From the NCBI GenBank assembly GCA_976551045.1, contig CDPCPM010000020.1, positions 1,984,001-2,048,000 of the forward strand: DNA of 64,000 bases, read 5' to 3'. Within the stretch, counting starts at the first letter, position 1. Each line of letters starts with the position of its first letter. A program made the position numbers and the translations under genes. Under the pieces are notes generated by a model. The model had not been told where the DNA came from, ran no database searches, and worked only from the letters and a program-made list of their open reading frames with translations. The stretch is from Glaucostegus cemiculus. Taxonomy: Eukaryota. Shown piece by piece: positions 1 to 12,968 of this stretch.

Positions 1-280
1 ACGTGGAAATATTCTCTCTATATCCCTCCTGTCAAGACCCCTCGGAATCTTACATGTTTCAATCAAGTCCCCTCTCACTCTTCTAAGCACCGGATACAAC
101 CCAGCCTGTCCAACCTTTCCTCATGATGACCAGCCCAATCCAGGTATCAGTCTAGTAAACCTCCATTGAACTGCTCCCAGTGCACTAACATCTTTCTTAA
201 ATAAGGAGACCAATACTGTACACAGTACTCCGGATGTGCCCTATACAACTGAAGCAATAGCCTCCCTACTTCTGTACTTT
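1..280 (-). mobile_element. CR1-type LINE fragment (ORF2 3' part)
   Basis: Similar to the reverse-strand CR1 copies at 17120-17670 and 18439-19350 (aatcaagtcccctctcactcttct, cacagtactcc). Confidence 0.8.
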
Positions 281-379
281 TGTAGAATACACTTCAGGTA
301 AATGTTTTGAATCCCATAATGTCTGGTTGGAAGATGTGCCTTGTGGTTTTACTAGGTAATGGGCTCTCTGCTGCCAAGA

Positions 380-672
380 TTACATGACTAGAACGGTAAC
401 CCAGACACCTGGACTAACAATCTGGAGAATCAGAATTCAGATGGCACGTGGCATATTAAGAATTTGAATTCAGTTTAGAAAATCTGGACATAATCAGCTA
501 GTATGAAACTGTTGGTTTGCTGTTGAAAACTGAACAAATTCACAAATGTCCCCTTTAGGAAGGGAATCCTGATGCCTTTAGCCATTCCAGTGTATATACA
601 ACTCAGGTGATTGACTCTTAGTGCTCTCTGAAATGATCAGGCGTGATTCAGTTTCTAAGGGCAACTAAAGAG
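380..672 (+). mobile_element. Degenerate SINE (related copy at ~17875-18175)
   Basis: Shared ctggacta..at(c/t)..gag head, tgaaact..tgg...gttg.aaa block and ggttgact block between the two loci. Confidence 0.5.
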
Positions 673-674
673 GG

Positions 675-1055
675 GTGTCAACTGTGCCTCTGGGTAGCAC
701 TTTTGCCCCAAACCAGACGATTATGGGTTCAAGCCCCACTTGAGAAATTAGAGGACAAAATAGTCTGACTCTCCTTTACTGCTGCATCACCCAAGGTGCT
801 GTGTTTTGATGAGATGTTAAACAATGGTTTGCTTTCTTGTGTAGAAGCTCCCAGGGTCTAACTTCAGAGAAGAGTTGGGGAGTTCTCCTCTGTCCTGGCT
901 AATGCTTATCCTTCAACCGAAAAGGATTAAACATTGGTGTTTAATGAAGTTGCTGAGTGCAAATCAGCTGCTGTGTTCCAGGTTTACAAGATTGAATGCA
1001 GTTCATTGGCTTTGGGATGTTCTGGGGTCACGAAAGGCGCTAAATACAAATTATT
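675..1055 (+). mobile_element. Deu-domain tRNA-derived SINE (SacSINE1-like)
   Basis: tRNA-like head (gggtagcact..., gggttcaagccccact), ggggagttctcctctgtcctggctaat core, tail gaaaggcgctaaatacaaa. Homologous to the reverse copy at 36640-37090. Confidence 0.7.
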
Positions 1056-2259
1056 TGCCAGCGATGCCTGTACCAACAGGAAAGCAAGAATGCAGCAAGC
1101 AAATAACCAGAAATGCAAAAGTTCAGGAACGCACAATGCAGAACTCAAGGTGCAGCAAATGGAATGCATAAAAGCAGGGCACGTGCAGGACTTTAAATCT
1201 GCTGGTCTATGGAGGGGCATGTACACCACTCCTTAATCTTATGGGAGGAACATAAGCACACGTCCATAACGTACTTATTTCTTTGGGATGCTTATTGAGC
1301 AAGAGAGGGAGGACCTCGCTTCTACCTGGCCCCATCCCTTTTGGCATGCCCCTCCATAAACGCAAAAGTGCAAGAAAGCAAAATGCAGCAAGCAGCCACC
1401 CAGGACTGGAAAACTGAGAAAGCAAAAATGCAGTAATGCAATGTACAGCACATCACATTCCAGCACTTGACATCCAACAACATGCCTTTTGCACTTAGTT
1501 CCCTGAAGACCAAAAGCTGTCTGCCCTTTGTTGTGGTGAACCCAGTGCACAGCACATTCCTGGGACAAAGATCAGAATTTATTCAGTGCAGTTTATTTGT
1601 AAGGCAATCTGGGCTTAAATGAAGTTCTACTTTTTTATATCTGAACACTTCAGGTTATCTGTACAATCAGATGTAACACAAATAGATCTGGTCACGTTTG
1701 TTCTGTGTTGCTGGCTGTAAAGTGTACACTGTAGTCTCAGTCCCAGCCTCAGCCCCTATCGCTATCCGATAACAACGGAGTGATGCTCAACAGAGTGAAG
1801 CTGTGAGCTGATTAAAGTTTATTTCAAAAGCTGATAGAGAAACAACTCTTGCCGTTCAAAGGATAAAATCACCGCTTGATGGAGTACTGGACTATCATAT
1901 AACTTGCCAGGTTAAGTTCTAGATCGGGATAAATTACCAAATGTTAGCTTTGTAGTGGAGGGGCCTTCCGGCATTTACTACCTGGCTTCATCTGCCAAGA
2001 ATAGCTACTTTGGTGAGGGAATTGTGAGAACAATTTTAAAAGCTTGTTGTAGTCAGATAGAACTATCTGTTCCCAGCTCAACAGTGGTGGAAGTTTGCTA
2101 CTTCCCCTCTGCCACCAAACTGGAGTTCCACCACATTAAAGCCAACGTTATTACAGTGGCTTCTCTGCAAATAATCTGTGAAAACAGTGTCATTTTACTT
2201 ACAATTAAAAGTCACAATGCTCATTAAGTACTCAAAGAATGAAAGCTGAATCTTTTCAA

Positions 2260-2560
2260 CCAAGATGCACTGTAATAGTCACCTTACCTCCACAACCCCT
2301 ATCACCAAGAAGGACATCGTGCACATGGGAACACCACCACCTGCAGGTTCCCCTCCAACTTTCACACCGTCCTGATTTGGAAATATATCACCATTCCTTC
2401 ATCATCGCTCAGTCCAAATCCTGGAACACACTATCCAACAGCACTGTGTGAGCGCTTTCACCAGCAGGTTCAAGAAGGCGGCAGCTCACCAGCACCTTCC
2501 CAAGGGCAATTAGGGATGAATAATAAATGCTGGCCTTGTCAGAGATGCCCAGATTAAGTA
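2260..2560 (+). mobile_element. 3' end of a CR1-like LINE family (other copies ~5995-6425 +, 8455-8740 -, 16300-16850 +, 26430-27030 -, 54270-54590 -)
   Basis: Recurrent gggaacaccaccacctgcag...ccaacagcactgtg...gggcaattagggatg...aataaatgctggcc. The 26720-26920 ORF has LKKLDTIQDTAAHL, typical of ORF2 C-termini. Confidence 0.75.
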
Positions 2561-3627
2561 AAAAAAAGAATAAATAACAAAAAGACTAATAAAGTTGTGG
2601 ACTAAGTTACCAGGCAACTCCATTCAAGCAGACACTCTGGGTTTTTGGGGAGATGTGTGACTCAGGGAAATCGTGACCATCCAGCAGGACTGATGTCAAA
2701 ACAGTGATGGCCTATTATACAAGAATGGTCTTTGGTGAAGAGCAACTTTCAATAAGGTACTCATCCAAAGGTTCTTTAAAAATATTATTTACTTTGCTTA
2801 AATTTTCAATTCCCTGTCTGAGGAGGATCTGCCAACAGCAATAACAAATGTTCTACGGAATTTTCCACGGTATTACTTCCCTTAAAGATTTATGCACCAA
2901 AAACCTTTATTCCAATTTCAAAACTACACTGAAGTCATCTTCTGATGCTTTCAAATTTAATGCTGATTTTTACTTCTGCAGCATTTACATTTTGTTTGGA
3001 GCACATATTTTTGTTTAAACCATCACCCTTAAAACTTACGTTGGTGAGTGCATTGGTTAGTGTGATACTAATCCATACAGGCTGCAAAGCTGTAAATCAA
3101 ATGCCCTAGTGTTCACTGATTTAATTGATCTCACCGAGCCAGCAGTTGGGGAGATATCATTAGTGTTAGCCTTATTTCTTCATGTGGTGAGATTTCAAGC
3201 TCAGTCATAACGAAAAGTGTCAAACATAAAGCAACTTCATCTACCAAGAGAGAAAGCAGATTCACCATGACTTTCTCTCCTGTACTGTCTATACTGATGG
3301 GTTATGGAAGGAGGTTTGGACCTGCTGACAAATGAACACCATCCACTGAGACATTCGCACAACACAGGTCAACTTCAATAATGCAGAGTGTGTGCTTTTA
3401 GAGTCCAAACCTTTGCACTAGTGCTGCATTCTAACAGTGTGATTGTTTCTATATGTACTTGATTGGTAATGGGAACTGAGTAACAGGTGGATTCAAATGA
3501 CAGGCACCAGCCTGGAGCTCAAAACTTTATGGAGAGTAACTGGTGCGTCCAATGCATGAATGTGCCATCATATAAGATACCGAATGCTAATAACATTAAT
3601 AGGACCTTTCTATCATTGTTCTTGCAG

Positions 3628-3846
3628 GTGTACTGGATTGGCCCCATCCTTGGTGCTGTTCTCGGTGGTATTTCTTATGAGTTCTTTTTTGCCTCCAGTG
3701 CCTCCCAAGAGAAGCTCATTGCCTGTATCACCTGCAAAGATATTGAGATTGTGGAAACGGCTAGTGTGTCCCGGTCATCATTGTTGACGGTCACCCAGTC
3801 TGCAATGCGAGTGAAACCGACTGCAAAAGTGCAGGACCACAGTTAA
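3628..3846 (+). CDS. aqp14: Terminal coding exon of a classical aquaporin, most likely aquaporin-14 (upstream exons lie left of the window)
   Basis: Acceptor tcattgttcttgcag|GTG at 3627/3628. Encodes VYWIGPILGAVLGGISYEFFFASSASQEKLIACITCKDIEIVETASVSRSSLLTVTQSAMRVKPTAKVQDHS*, i.e. aquaporin TM6 start (VYWxGP) plus a tail I recognise as Aqp14-type. Lies directly upstream of aqp0 on the same strand. No NPA-containing exon found in 1-3627. Confidence 0.8.
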   Translation: MYWIGPILGAVLGGISYEFFFASSASQEKLIACITCKDIEIVETASVSRSSLLTVTQSAMRVKPTAKVQDHS

Positions 3847-4829
3847 AATTAACATGGCACACTTTGTCTCCTCACTTATATTAGTAGCCTGACTTTAAAG
3901 GGATTGCTTTCGTGACTCTGTGCTCAAGACGTGGTTTGTCACAAATATTAGTATATGAAGGTAAATTAGTGTTAGTACCTGTGGTGTTCCAGAGATGAGA
4001 GCTCTGGCTAGTGTGGTACTAATTTATACAGACCAAAAAGTTGTAAATGAAATACCCCTGGCATGTGCTGACTTAAATGATCTCACCAGATCAGCATTTG
4101 GGGAATAATGTTAGTGTTGGAGGGGACCTATGAGATGGCAGCAGAGAAGTTAAATTACTTGGGCTATTATGCAGAAGCCTGAAGTCCTGATCCAATCCCA
4201 TCATTATGGCAGTTAAATAAATAGCTAGTGTTGGCAATAATGGCATGAAACCCATTTTGTTTGCTGGTGTCTTTTGGTGAAGAAAATCTGCCTTACCTGG
4301 TCTTGCCTACATGTAACTTCATGCTCACTGATGTGGTTCACCCTGCTAAGTATGCCTAGTAGGAAAGTCAGTTCAATAAATGCTGACCCTGCCAGTGGCA
4401 TCCACATCCTGTGAATGTTTATATTTCAAACACTCAGCCAGGTACCTGTTGCTGTTCATTGATCTACAGAAAATACATACATGAGCAGATACATTACAAA
4501 GTAGCTCGTGGCCTTTGGCTGAGGATGGGGAGGGGTGGCTGGTTGGTAGTTGGAGACACACACCTGGAATTATGGTGAACAATGACCAGTGAAAGGTCCT
4601 GAGCTACATGTGGCATACCGGCAGTTTAGAGGAAGGAGGCAACTGGAAGTAGAACCATATCACCACCTGTGTGGGATACCCAGCCTCCAACCTGCTGTCG
4701 GTAGCTACAGTATTTCTTGTTGAGTTTTAGTCAGTGCTGATGGGGGAGCTCCAGGATGTTGAATATCAGGGGTAGGTGCGTCAACTCTCTCATATTGGAG
4801 GTGTTCATTGCCTGGCATTTGTGAACTGC

Positions 4830-5118
4830 CTAGGGAGAATTTTACTGGTGCTAAGAAGGTGCTGTATTGTCGGAAGAAATGTCAAACCTAGTCTGCACTC
4901 TTAGGTGCAGGAAGCACATCCCAGAGCCCTGTTTGGAAAAAATACCCAGTTACTCCCGGTGTTCTGGCCCGATACATATTCCTCAACCAGCACCAAAACA
5001 AATTGCCTTTGTTGATGTCATGTTGTTGTGTGTTGGAACTTGGAGTGTATTCTGGTTGTGTAGTGCTTCAGGACCATGTGAAGAAGTGAAAGGTACTATA
5101 GAAATGGAAGTGTTTTAA
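4830..5118 (+). mobile_element. Degenerate Deu-domain SINE
   Basis: ctcccggtgttctggcc...cctcaacc...caccaaaac...gttgtgtgttggaacttg, similar to 675-1055. Confidence 0.5.
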
Positions 5119-5539
5119 ATGACACTTATAAGACATTTTATTCACAGCACTGAACATGTATACACATTCTTGTAAAAAGCTGAAACACAAGGAAAGATTT
5201 TCTTACTTTAGAGGGTTATATAAATATAAGCTGTTGTTGTCTCTTTTAAACAGCTGTTGAATTACTAAAGTAAATTCATTGACATCGAGACACCACAACT
5301 CAGAGTTATGCTCAGATTTGATATTTTTTGCCAGATTATTTTGATATTGTGGCATTCTTAATTGAAGCTCTGCTCTGTGAAACTGATGATAGCTGTTATG
5401 ACTGTGGGCCACAAAGACGTGGTGATGTGGTAAATTATGTACAAACACAATACTTTCTATACAGCCTCATCTGATGCAGAGACAGTAATGTAATTAAGGA
5501 AATTACCTGACCTCAGAAGCAACAGAAGTCGTCAGTTGA

Positions 5540-5930
5540 ACCCCTAGATTGGACTGCAGCCTGTAATCCTTGTCAGTGACCAATTTTTTAAAATTTTTAT
5601 CTGTAATTTTGTTTTGTGATTTTCTTCTCCCTGTCTGAAGTCACTGGGTCATGCTGAGATACATTCCATGTGCGCACAGGTGGCTCTCCTCCATGTGCGA
5701 GAATTGACTGTGTGAGTGAGCCTGTGACACCTGATGGCTCCTGATATCATTGTTGGCAGCAGGAGTGACTAGGTTACACTCAAGAGCAGCAACAATGCTT
5801 GAGGTTCCTTTCCTAAGCCTAGAATGCTGAGGCCAACTACTGCAAAGTCAGCACACAGCAGGAAGTAAAGGTGGGACTCTCTTTATCTGTATGCTTTAGT
5901 ACCAGACCACACGGAGCATGTTCTCAGTAA
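5540..5930 (-). mobile_element. Old tRNA-derived SINE family (fragments also ~3050-3170, 4010-4130, 10130-10380, 34220-34460, 36460-36620, 55600-55930, 56380-56660)
   Basis: Recurrent blocks such as ctga(g/c)ttagctgatctca.cc, gctgaggccaa, cagcc..catttctgctcct...gtgacccttg..ggaaagtgtac. Confidence 0.45.
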
Positions 5931-6914
5931 ATATTACAGCAGCTGCTTTTCAGGTTGTGTATTAATGCTGAGTGATACACATTAATTATATAACAAAAAT
6001 TATCCAGGACAAAGCAGCCCGCTTAATTGGCATTTCCTCCTTCATTCTACACATTTGTTTCTTCCACCTCCAGTGCACAGTGGCAGCAGTGTGTACCATC
6101 CACAAAATGCAATTATACACCCAGCTTATTCCAACAGTACCTCCCAAAACTTTCATCTCTACCGTCAAGACGGATGAGGGCAGCAGGCACAGGGGAACAC
6201 CGCCACCTGTATACTCCTCCCAAGCCGCACACCATCCTAACTGGGAAGTATATCACTGGTCCTTCACTGTCTCTGGGTCTAAATTCTGGAACTCTCTCCC
6301 CAACAGCACTGTGGAAGCGACTGCAGTGGCTCATGAAGTAGCTCGCCACTGCCTTCTCGGGGTAATTAGGGATGGACAATAAATGCTGGCCTGGCCAGTG
6401 ATGCTCAGATCCTGAAAATGACTAAATTAAAAAAAATGTACTTTAGAGAATACCAGGTTTATATGAATGGTTAAACACAGAAGAACTGACCGTCCTTCTT
6501 TGAGCAAATACCATTTTGTAAAGACTGGAATTTACGATAGGAATATGAAATGGTTCCTCTTCTTTTTCAAGAGCACAGGTCTGTTTTCGGGTAATCGAGG
6601 CTCTGCAGAAAAACGTCAGGGATGTGCTGCTATTTGGACAGATCTTATCTAGTTTGCCAACCAATAGCAGCCTGTGTTTTCAAACTCAGGCATTAACGGT
6701 GTTACTGTCAGCAGGATTTTATTGCAAGGACAATAGACTTGCCTAATCAGGTCCATGCTGGTCTTTCACATTATAATTCAACTGGCAACACGCAATGGCA
6801 AAAGACAAAAAACTTTGCAGAGCACATGGACCATATCTACTTTATGCTGCAATAGCAATTCATGCAGCTATATTACAAATGCTAAGTTAGTGAAAGCAGA
6901 GGAATGTGATGAGG

Positions 6915-7265
6915 TATAACTTTAAATGGAGCATAAGAAGGAAATATTAGGGAAGGTGACTAAACCTTTACAAAATGCATACATTTTAAAGGGAGTGTTG
7001 GGTGGTGTGGGTGGGGGGGGAGGGATGTAGAGAGGTTTAGGGAGGGAATTTAAGAACTGGAGGCATCTAAAGGCATAGCCACCAATGGTGAGGTGGAGAG
7101 AATGCAGTACGAATAAGAGGCCAGAATCACAGAGCAGGGGGAATGTTGTTGGGCTGTAGGAGTAGGGAGGAAGCAAGGCCATGGAGCAATTTTAGCAGGA
7201 GCATGAGAATCTTAAAAATGAGGCTTGGGTGTTCTGGGAGCCAGTGTAGGTAGGTGATTGAATTA
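6915..7265 (-). mobile_element. L2-type LINE 3' fragment (plus-strand copy at ~9510-9930)
   Basis: Both translate to the L2 C-terminal motif LHWLP...FKIL (YLHWLPEHPSLIFKIL; VHWLLVKHHLGFKIL). Confidence 0.7.
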
Positions 7266-10200
7266 GAGGGCTGAGTCCAATGCCGCTCTGTATTTGGCCA
7301 TGAGGAACTGCATGAGAGTAGCCAAGACAAGTTCTCTTCCTTTCCTTCATGTAGGAATTAGTTTACCTCTGTTGCTCGTCTACATAGAACAGTTGCACTC
7401 GTAGATCACAAATTCAGTACGCAGGTGGTGGCAGGTACAAATACTTGTTCCCTTGCTCCATCGTAGACCCCTGTCACCTCATTGCTTCCCCACCGAACAA
7501 GACATTCAAGTTTTACTCTTTAGTCAAACAATGTTTCTCAGTGTAGACCAGGACCATAGTGGACATCAAGTGTGATCCAAAAGGATGGAGAAGCTTGCTG
7601 TAGTGATCAGGAAATCCTCTCCATTACCGAGAATGACAGTTTTCTCTCTTCAATATTTACACTGAAATCATTAACAGATCCTTATTTCTGTCTTTATGAA
7701 TTAATTGTAATTAGGGGAACCATCTCCCCAACACTTTAAGAGTTCTGAGAAGTGACATACCACATTAAATTTTAATGAATATTGTAAAGATTTGGTTAAT
7801 GTTATTACTTTTATGTTGATCACCTGCTGTAACTGGCTGTCAGGATCTGAATCTGATACGTTCCAAATTGTATGTTCAGCTTTTACCATGAGACAATTCA
7901 ACCAAAAGGGAATGAAGGGTTAACATTATTTACTTATTACAATGCAGAAGGAGTCCATTTGTTCCATTAGGTCCATGGTGTCTTCCAACAGAGCAATCCC
8001 ATTAATCCCATTTCCCCTCTCATTATTTCCCTGCAGCCCTACAACTTATTCTTTCTCACATGTCCATCAAGTTTCTCTTTTTGCCATTAACCTACACTAA
8101 GGGGTAATTTACAGTAACCAATTAACCTATCACTGTACATTATATAACATTATATATGGTCTACCCCAAATACCAGGGACTCAAAAAAGTTTTCAAAATT
8201 ATGTTCAATGAGCCGACATGGGAATTTTCTACAATTGCATCTGCAGTGTTTGACCAGAACTTAAGTAAAATGGAACTGAACCTTTAAAAGAGGCAATACC
8301 CCATTTTTCTATCACGGTGAGCTTGCACCGTCAGACATCAAGTAGCACATTACACCCTATGAAGTATTTTTGAAAGGCAGTCGCTGTTATACAAAAACAC
8401 AATTTCTGCATAGCAAGCTCCCACATGCAGCATCAACCAGGGAGTCTTGCTTTTACTTTATTTATTTACAGGATGTGGCACTGCAGGTGAGCTGCCTTCT
8501 TGAACCGCTGCAAGCTGTGTTTTGGGGGTACTCCCACGGTGCGATTGGGCAGGAGATTTCTGGGTTTAGACCCTGCGGTGATGATACATTTCTGAGCTGG
8601 TACTTGAGTTGAAGGGAAACCTGCAGGGGGTGGTGTTCCCATACACCTGAAGCTCTTGTCCTTGGTGGTAGAGGCCAAGGGTTTAGCGGGCACTGTTGCA
8701 GCAGCCTTGACAAGTAACTGCAGTGCTCTCTGAAGACAGTATTTTAATAAAGTTAATGGATGAACACCAACCCCCTCAACTATCTTTCGGCAGTTTCAGC
8801 TCAGAATAAATGCTGTCCTGAGTGTTATGACCCACTCAATATAATATGGAGCTAGGCAGTTTGTACCATTGCATTTTAGTTCCATGTTGGGCAGTTGCCA
8901 TTGTTTAGCTCAGTCCAGTTCATTCTGGAACAGATGATGTAATTGCAACCAGCAAGTGCAAAGCAAAATTTTGCAAATTCACTGCTTTTATTCCTTCAGC
9001 AGCATTTGCTCCAATTTGCTGACAGCCCACATGTTAGATAGAAGATTACCCAAATGAAAGACACTTTGGCCCTCTGATGAATACATGTGTACTTACATAA
9101 TAATGTTCTAGTAAACAGCCCATAGTGCTGACCAGGAGCAGTTGATGAATGCAAGCATTTTGTCTACGTAAACTGGTGATGGAAATGTGAGATGTTCTTC
9201 TGAAAATTACTCCACGGTGCCACCCAAAGACCAGAGACTACAACTGCACATTGATGGTAAAATTAGTTGGGAAGTGTTAACAAGGCATTTTACACTGCCT
9301 AATATGGGCAGAAAAGCAGGACAAAGATTGTAACAACAGGAAGGGAGAAGCAAGCTTGTGAACAATAGGTCATCACACACAAAACAGGAATAAAGCTGCT
9401 CACGGTGATACTCTTCTTCCCAAAATCTTTTGGCCTCCCTCATTCTACCCCCCCACAAAAGTGAGGATGTGCATATTTTTGCTGCCAGATTCCCAAATCA
9501 CATTGGGTTCCTTTCACTCAACACCCTTGTGCTCACTGATGTACACTGGCTCCTGGTTAAGCATCACCTTGGCTTTAAAATTCTTGCCCTTGTTTTCAAA
9601 TCCCCGCATGGTCTCCCTGTGTCTATAATTTCCTCTTGCCCTAACCTAATGAGATATCTGCATTCTTCCAACTCTGACTTTGTAATCATTCCCCCAAATT
9701 TAATGCTCCACCACTGGCAACCGTACTCCTAAATTCTGGAATTTCCTCTTTAAACTTTCTTTTCCTCTTTTTATACACTCATTAAAATTTACCTCTGTGA
9801 CCGAGCTTTTTGATCTCTGCCCCAGTGTCTCCTCATGTGCCTCAGTGTCAAATTTTGTTTGGTAACACTCCTGTAAAGCACTGAGATTTTTTTGCTTCAA
9901 TAACAGTGCTTACAAATGAAATGTATTGTTGTAGAGTGTATTACATGGAAACAAGACAATAGTAAACTCCTCTTTGGTTATTGAACTTCTCTACTGCAAT
10001 AAAGCTATACATGGCTCTAAGTTCTGATTACGGGTAGACTACTTAAATTGTTATCACTTCACCTAAGTTTCTCCCCTCCTCTCCCAAAGGATCATTTAAT
10101 GGGGTGCACCATGAGCTCCAGGGAACCAAAGTGCCTCCATGAGTGAGTACACCTAAGACATAGTCCAAACAGTGCCCGTCAGCAGGGCTTTCAGTCATGG

Positions 10201-10784
10201 GGCATGTAGAGCCGAGCGCTGTCCTGCGTTCATCCAATGGCCATGCACAAGACCTTCCAGTGGGGCTCATTAATCAGAAATCAGGAAATGAATCTCGTTT
10301 GCAATTCTTTAACTTGGTACAGACACTGAAATCAAACTCGGGAGCTCTGCCCTGCTCTAAAATCAGCCCACTCACAATACATCTGAACAACTACAATTTT
10401 CATTTTGCAAATTTACAGCTTGATGCAAAAACTGTATTACTTTAAGGTAATCATAATCAGTAATACAACTCACACCTGGCGAAATATTCTTTCAAAGTGA
10501 ATTTTTGGTCAAAATGACTCATGGGAAATTGCCAATGTGGACTGACAATCATTCAACCAGCAGTTAAAAGGTTCACACTTGGCCTTAGCTTATAAAGGTA
10601 ATATCCAACAAAGTGCAGTCATCCGCTTCTAAGCGCGATTCTTTGGGATTATTCAACATCCACGGTTTAACGAAAAATGTGTTGTAGCATTAGGCATGCA
10701 ATATGACAAAAAACTGTAGAACTGTAAGGACATGCCTCCCAGGGTACTAAAGATGTACATTCCATACTCCCAAACATGGTCACA

Positions 10785-10984
10785 GTGCATGGAATGGGCT
10801 GCCGGAAATGGTGGTGGAGGCGGATACCATAGGGTCTTTCAAGAGACTGTTAGATAGGTACATGGAGCTAAGTAAAATAGAGGGCTATGAGTAAGCCTAG
10901 TAATTTCTAGTGTAAGGACATGTTTGGCACACCTTTGTGGGCTGAAGGGCCTGAATTGTGCTGTAGTTTTTCTATGTTTCTATG
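10785..10984 (+). mobile_element. CR1 3' terminus
   Basis: tggaatgggctgcc...tgggctgaagggcctg..ttgtgctgta...(ttctatgt)n tail. Confidence 0.8.
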
Positions 10985-12645
10985 GCTGAAGATATGCAGC
11001 CAAGATGAGACCCAACCTCACAATCCTATCTGTTACATGAAGGAAAGTAGGACACTGCTGCCTTGGCCAATGCAGATGACCCAATAAACTCCAGCAGAAA
11101 TGGAGTAACTGACCTTTTATCTCATTGAAGTCCTTGTGCACAAACTTACCGCTGAACTTCTCTGTGCAGTCAAGAGACTCGAAATTCCATTGTGTAGTGT
11201 GTGGTTTTTATGCTCTTCACAATAGATTTGAAGCTGAAAGTCAATCATGAGATGTGACTACTACTTCTGTGCATGTACAAGGCAGGTTTGACATCGCTGC
11301 TGCAACAACTGAATGTGCGGCTGCACTAAAGAAACTGCGTGAGGCTCAAATACAGAACAGGTCTTAATGGGAGGAAGTAAGTAAGTTGAAGGTCTATCCT
11401 TACCTCAGCCATGGCTGATACCACTTAATATCACCCTGAGAACTTTTCTGGACCAATTGTCCCCAGTGTTCCAGGTAAGGAATTTTTATTCTTTGGAGAG
11501 TTGGTTGGAGGTGGGAGGGGAATTCCTAACCATTCAGTGAAGATAAGCTGCTGGAGGAACTCAGCTGGTCAGGCAGCATCTAAGAAAGCAGAGGGATAGT
11601 TGATGTTTTGGGTTGAGCCCCTGAGAACTGGTCCCCTGAGTATTTCACAATACCCAATCATCTGTTGAAGATATTTGGTGCTATTTCCACTCTCTAACGC
11701 TCTTGTCTTAGCCACTTGAAGCCCATTATTTGATGCTGTGGCTCCTGATTAGAACTGCTGCTTCAAGAGCTCCCAACACAGTGCACAACTGCTGCCTGCT
11801 CAGTACTTGCAACACTTACACACACAACTCCATGCATGTCACACGGATAAGTAAATCACTGTCCTGCTGCCCTGCAAGAAACTGGTGCAGGCTTCCAGCA
11901 TAGCATCATTTCTCTGCTTAAGAATTTCTAGGCAAAAGTAATCCGTTAGATGTGAGGTTACTTTGAAATGCCCCGAGGCTATGAAAGGTGTTACATAATG
12001 CAAGTTCTCGCTTAAAGGTAGAGACACAGGTTCTATCATCAGGTACAAAGCAGAGGACCTTGAACGTTGCACTTGCTTAAGTTCATCTGAAATCCAAGAT
12101 CAGGAATTGAGTCCTGTCATACTGCATTGACTCAGTAAGGATGGTTTACCAACAAATGCACTTTCATTGAAATAATTGATCCTAGAAACGGAAACATTTA
12201 AGAAATTGGGGTCACAAAGCAGTTAAATTGAGGAAACTTAAACCTCTTGATTAAAAATACAACAACCCTCTGGATGCCAATTATAAAACCCTAAGAGCAA
12301 CCCTTGAAATGTGAAGGCCAAGTGTGGCATGTCTGCATCCTTCTGAAGTCTAAAGTTGTGACATATCAACTCCTCTGTCAACTCAATTGCACTGCAATGA
12401 CAAATAGACATGCATCTACAAGTATGCTCAAATTTTTCTGATGAAAGATTGACTCTGTTTCACTCTCTACAGATGCACCCTGATTGCTGAATATTTCTGG
12501 TATATTCTGCTTTTATTTCAGATTTCTAACATCTGCAGTATTTTCCTGTTTTATGCTTATCCTCATCAAGAACTGATGGATTTCAACAAAATTAGTTCCA
12601 TCTGAAGTGTAACTATTGATTGAATTACCATTAGTAGATAGGCAA

Positions 12646-12968
12646 GACCCCAACGGTGGAACAGGCGGACGAAGTCACTTCAAACTCAATGGCTGTGAAG
12701 GTGGATGAAGGCTGCAACAAATCCATCAGCTCCAATCATCGTGGTTTCCGTGCCATTGGAATCAGTTGGTTGATTTGTGAAGCATCGTGTGCTTTTTGCA
12801 GTGCAACATCATGTACACATTAAACAAATACACGCACAGGCGTCTTCGCTCTGTGGGCTTAATTTTCAGAGCCAAGGTTGGACATAAGCCACTTGAGAAC
12901 CCATAAATAGATCGACAGAACAAAGACCATCATCCTTGACCTCGAGGAATAGCCATGACAACGAGTCA
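12646..12968 (+). mobile_element. Non-autonomous retroelement insertion, RTE-like 3' end
   Basis: Flanked by 8-bp direct repeat ATAGGCAA (12638-12645, 12969-12976). Ends ccatcatccttgacctcgaggaatagccatgacaacga. Confidence 0.55.

Noticed and set aside
3487-3627. N-terminal part of ORF 3487-3846
   Set aside because: Intronic sequence upstream of a clear acceptor, with a GTG start and no aquaporin motif.
6991-7025. G-rich tract with G-quadruplex potential (also 18509-18536)
   Set aside because: Low-complexity parts of LINE fragments, with no evidence of function.
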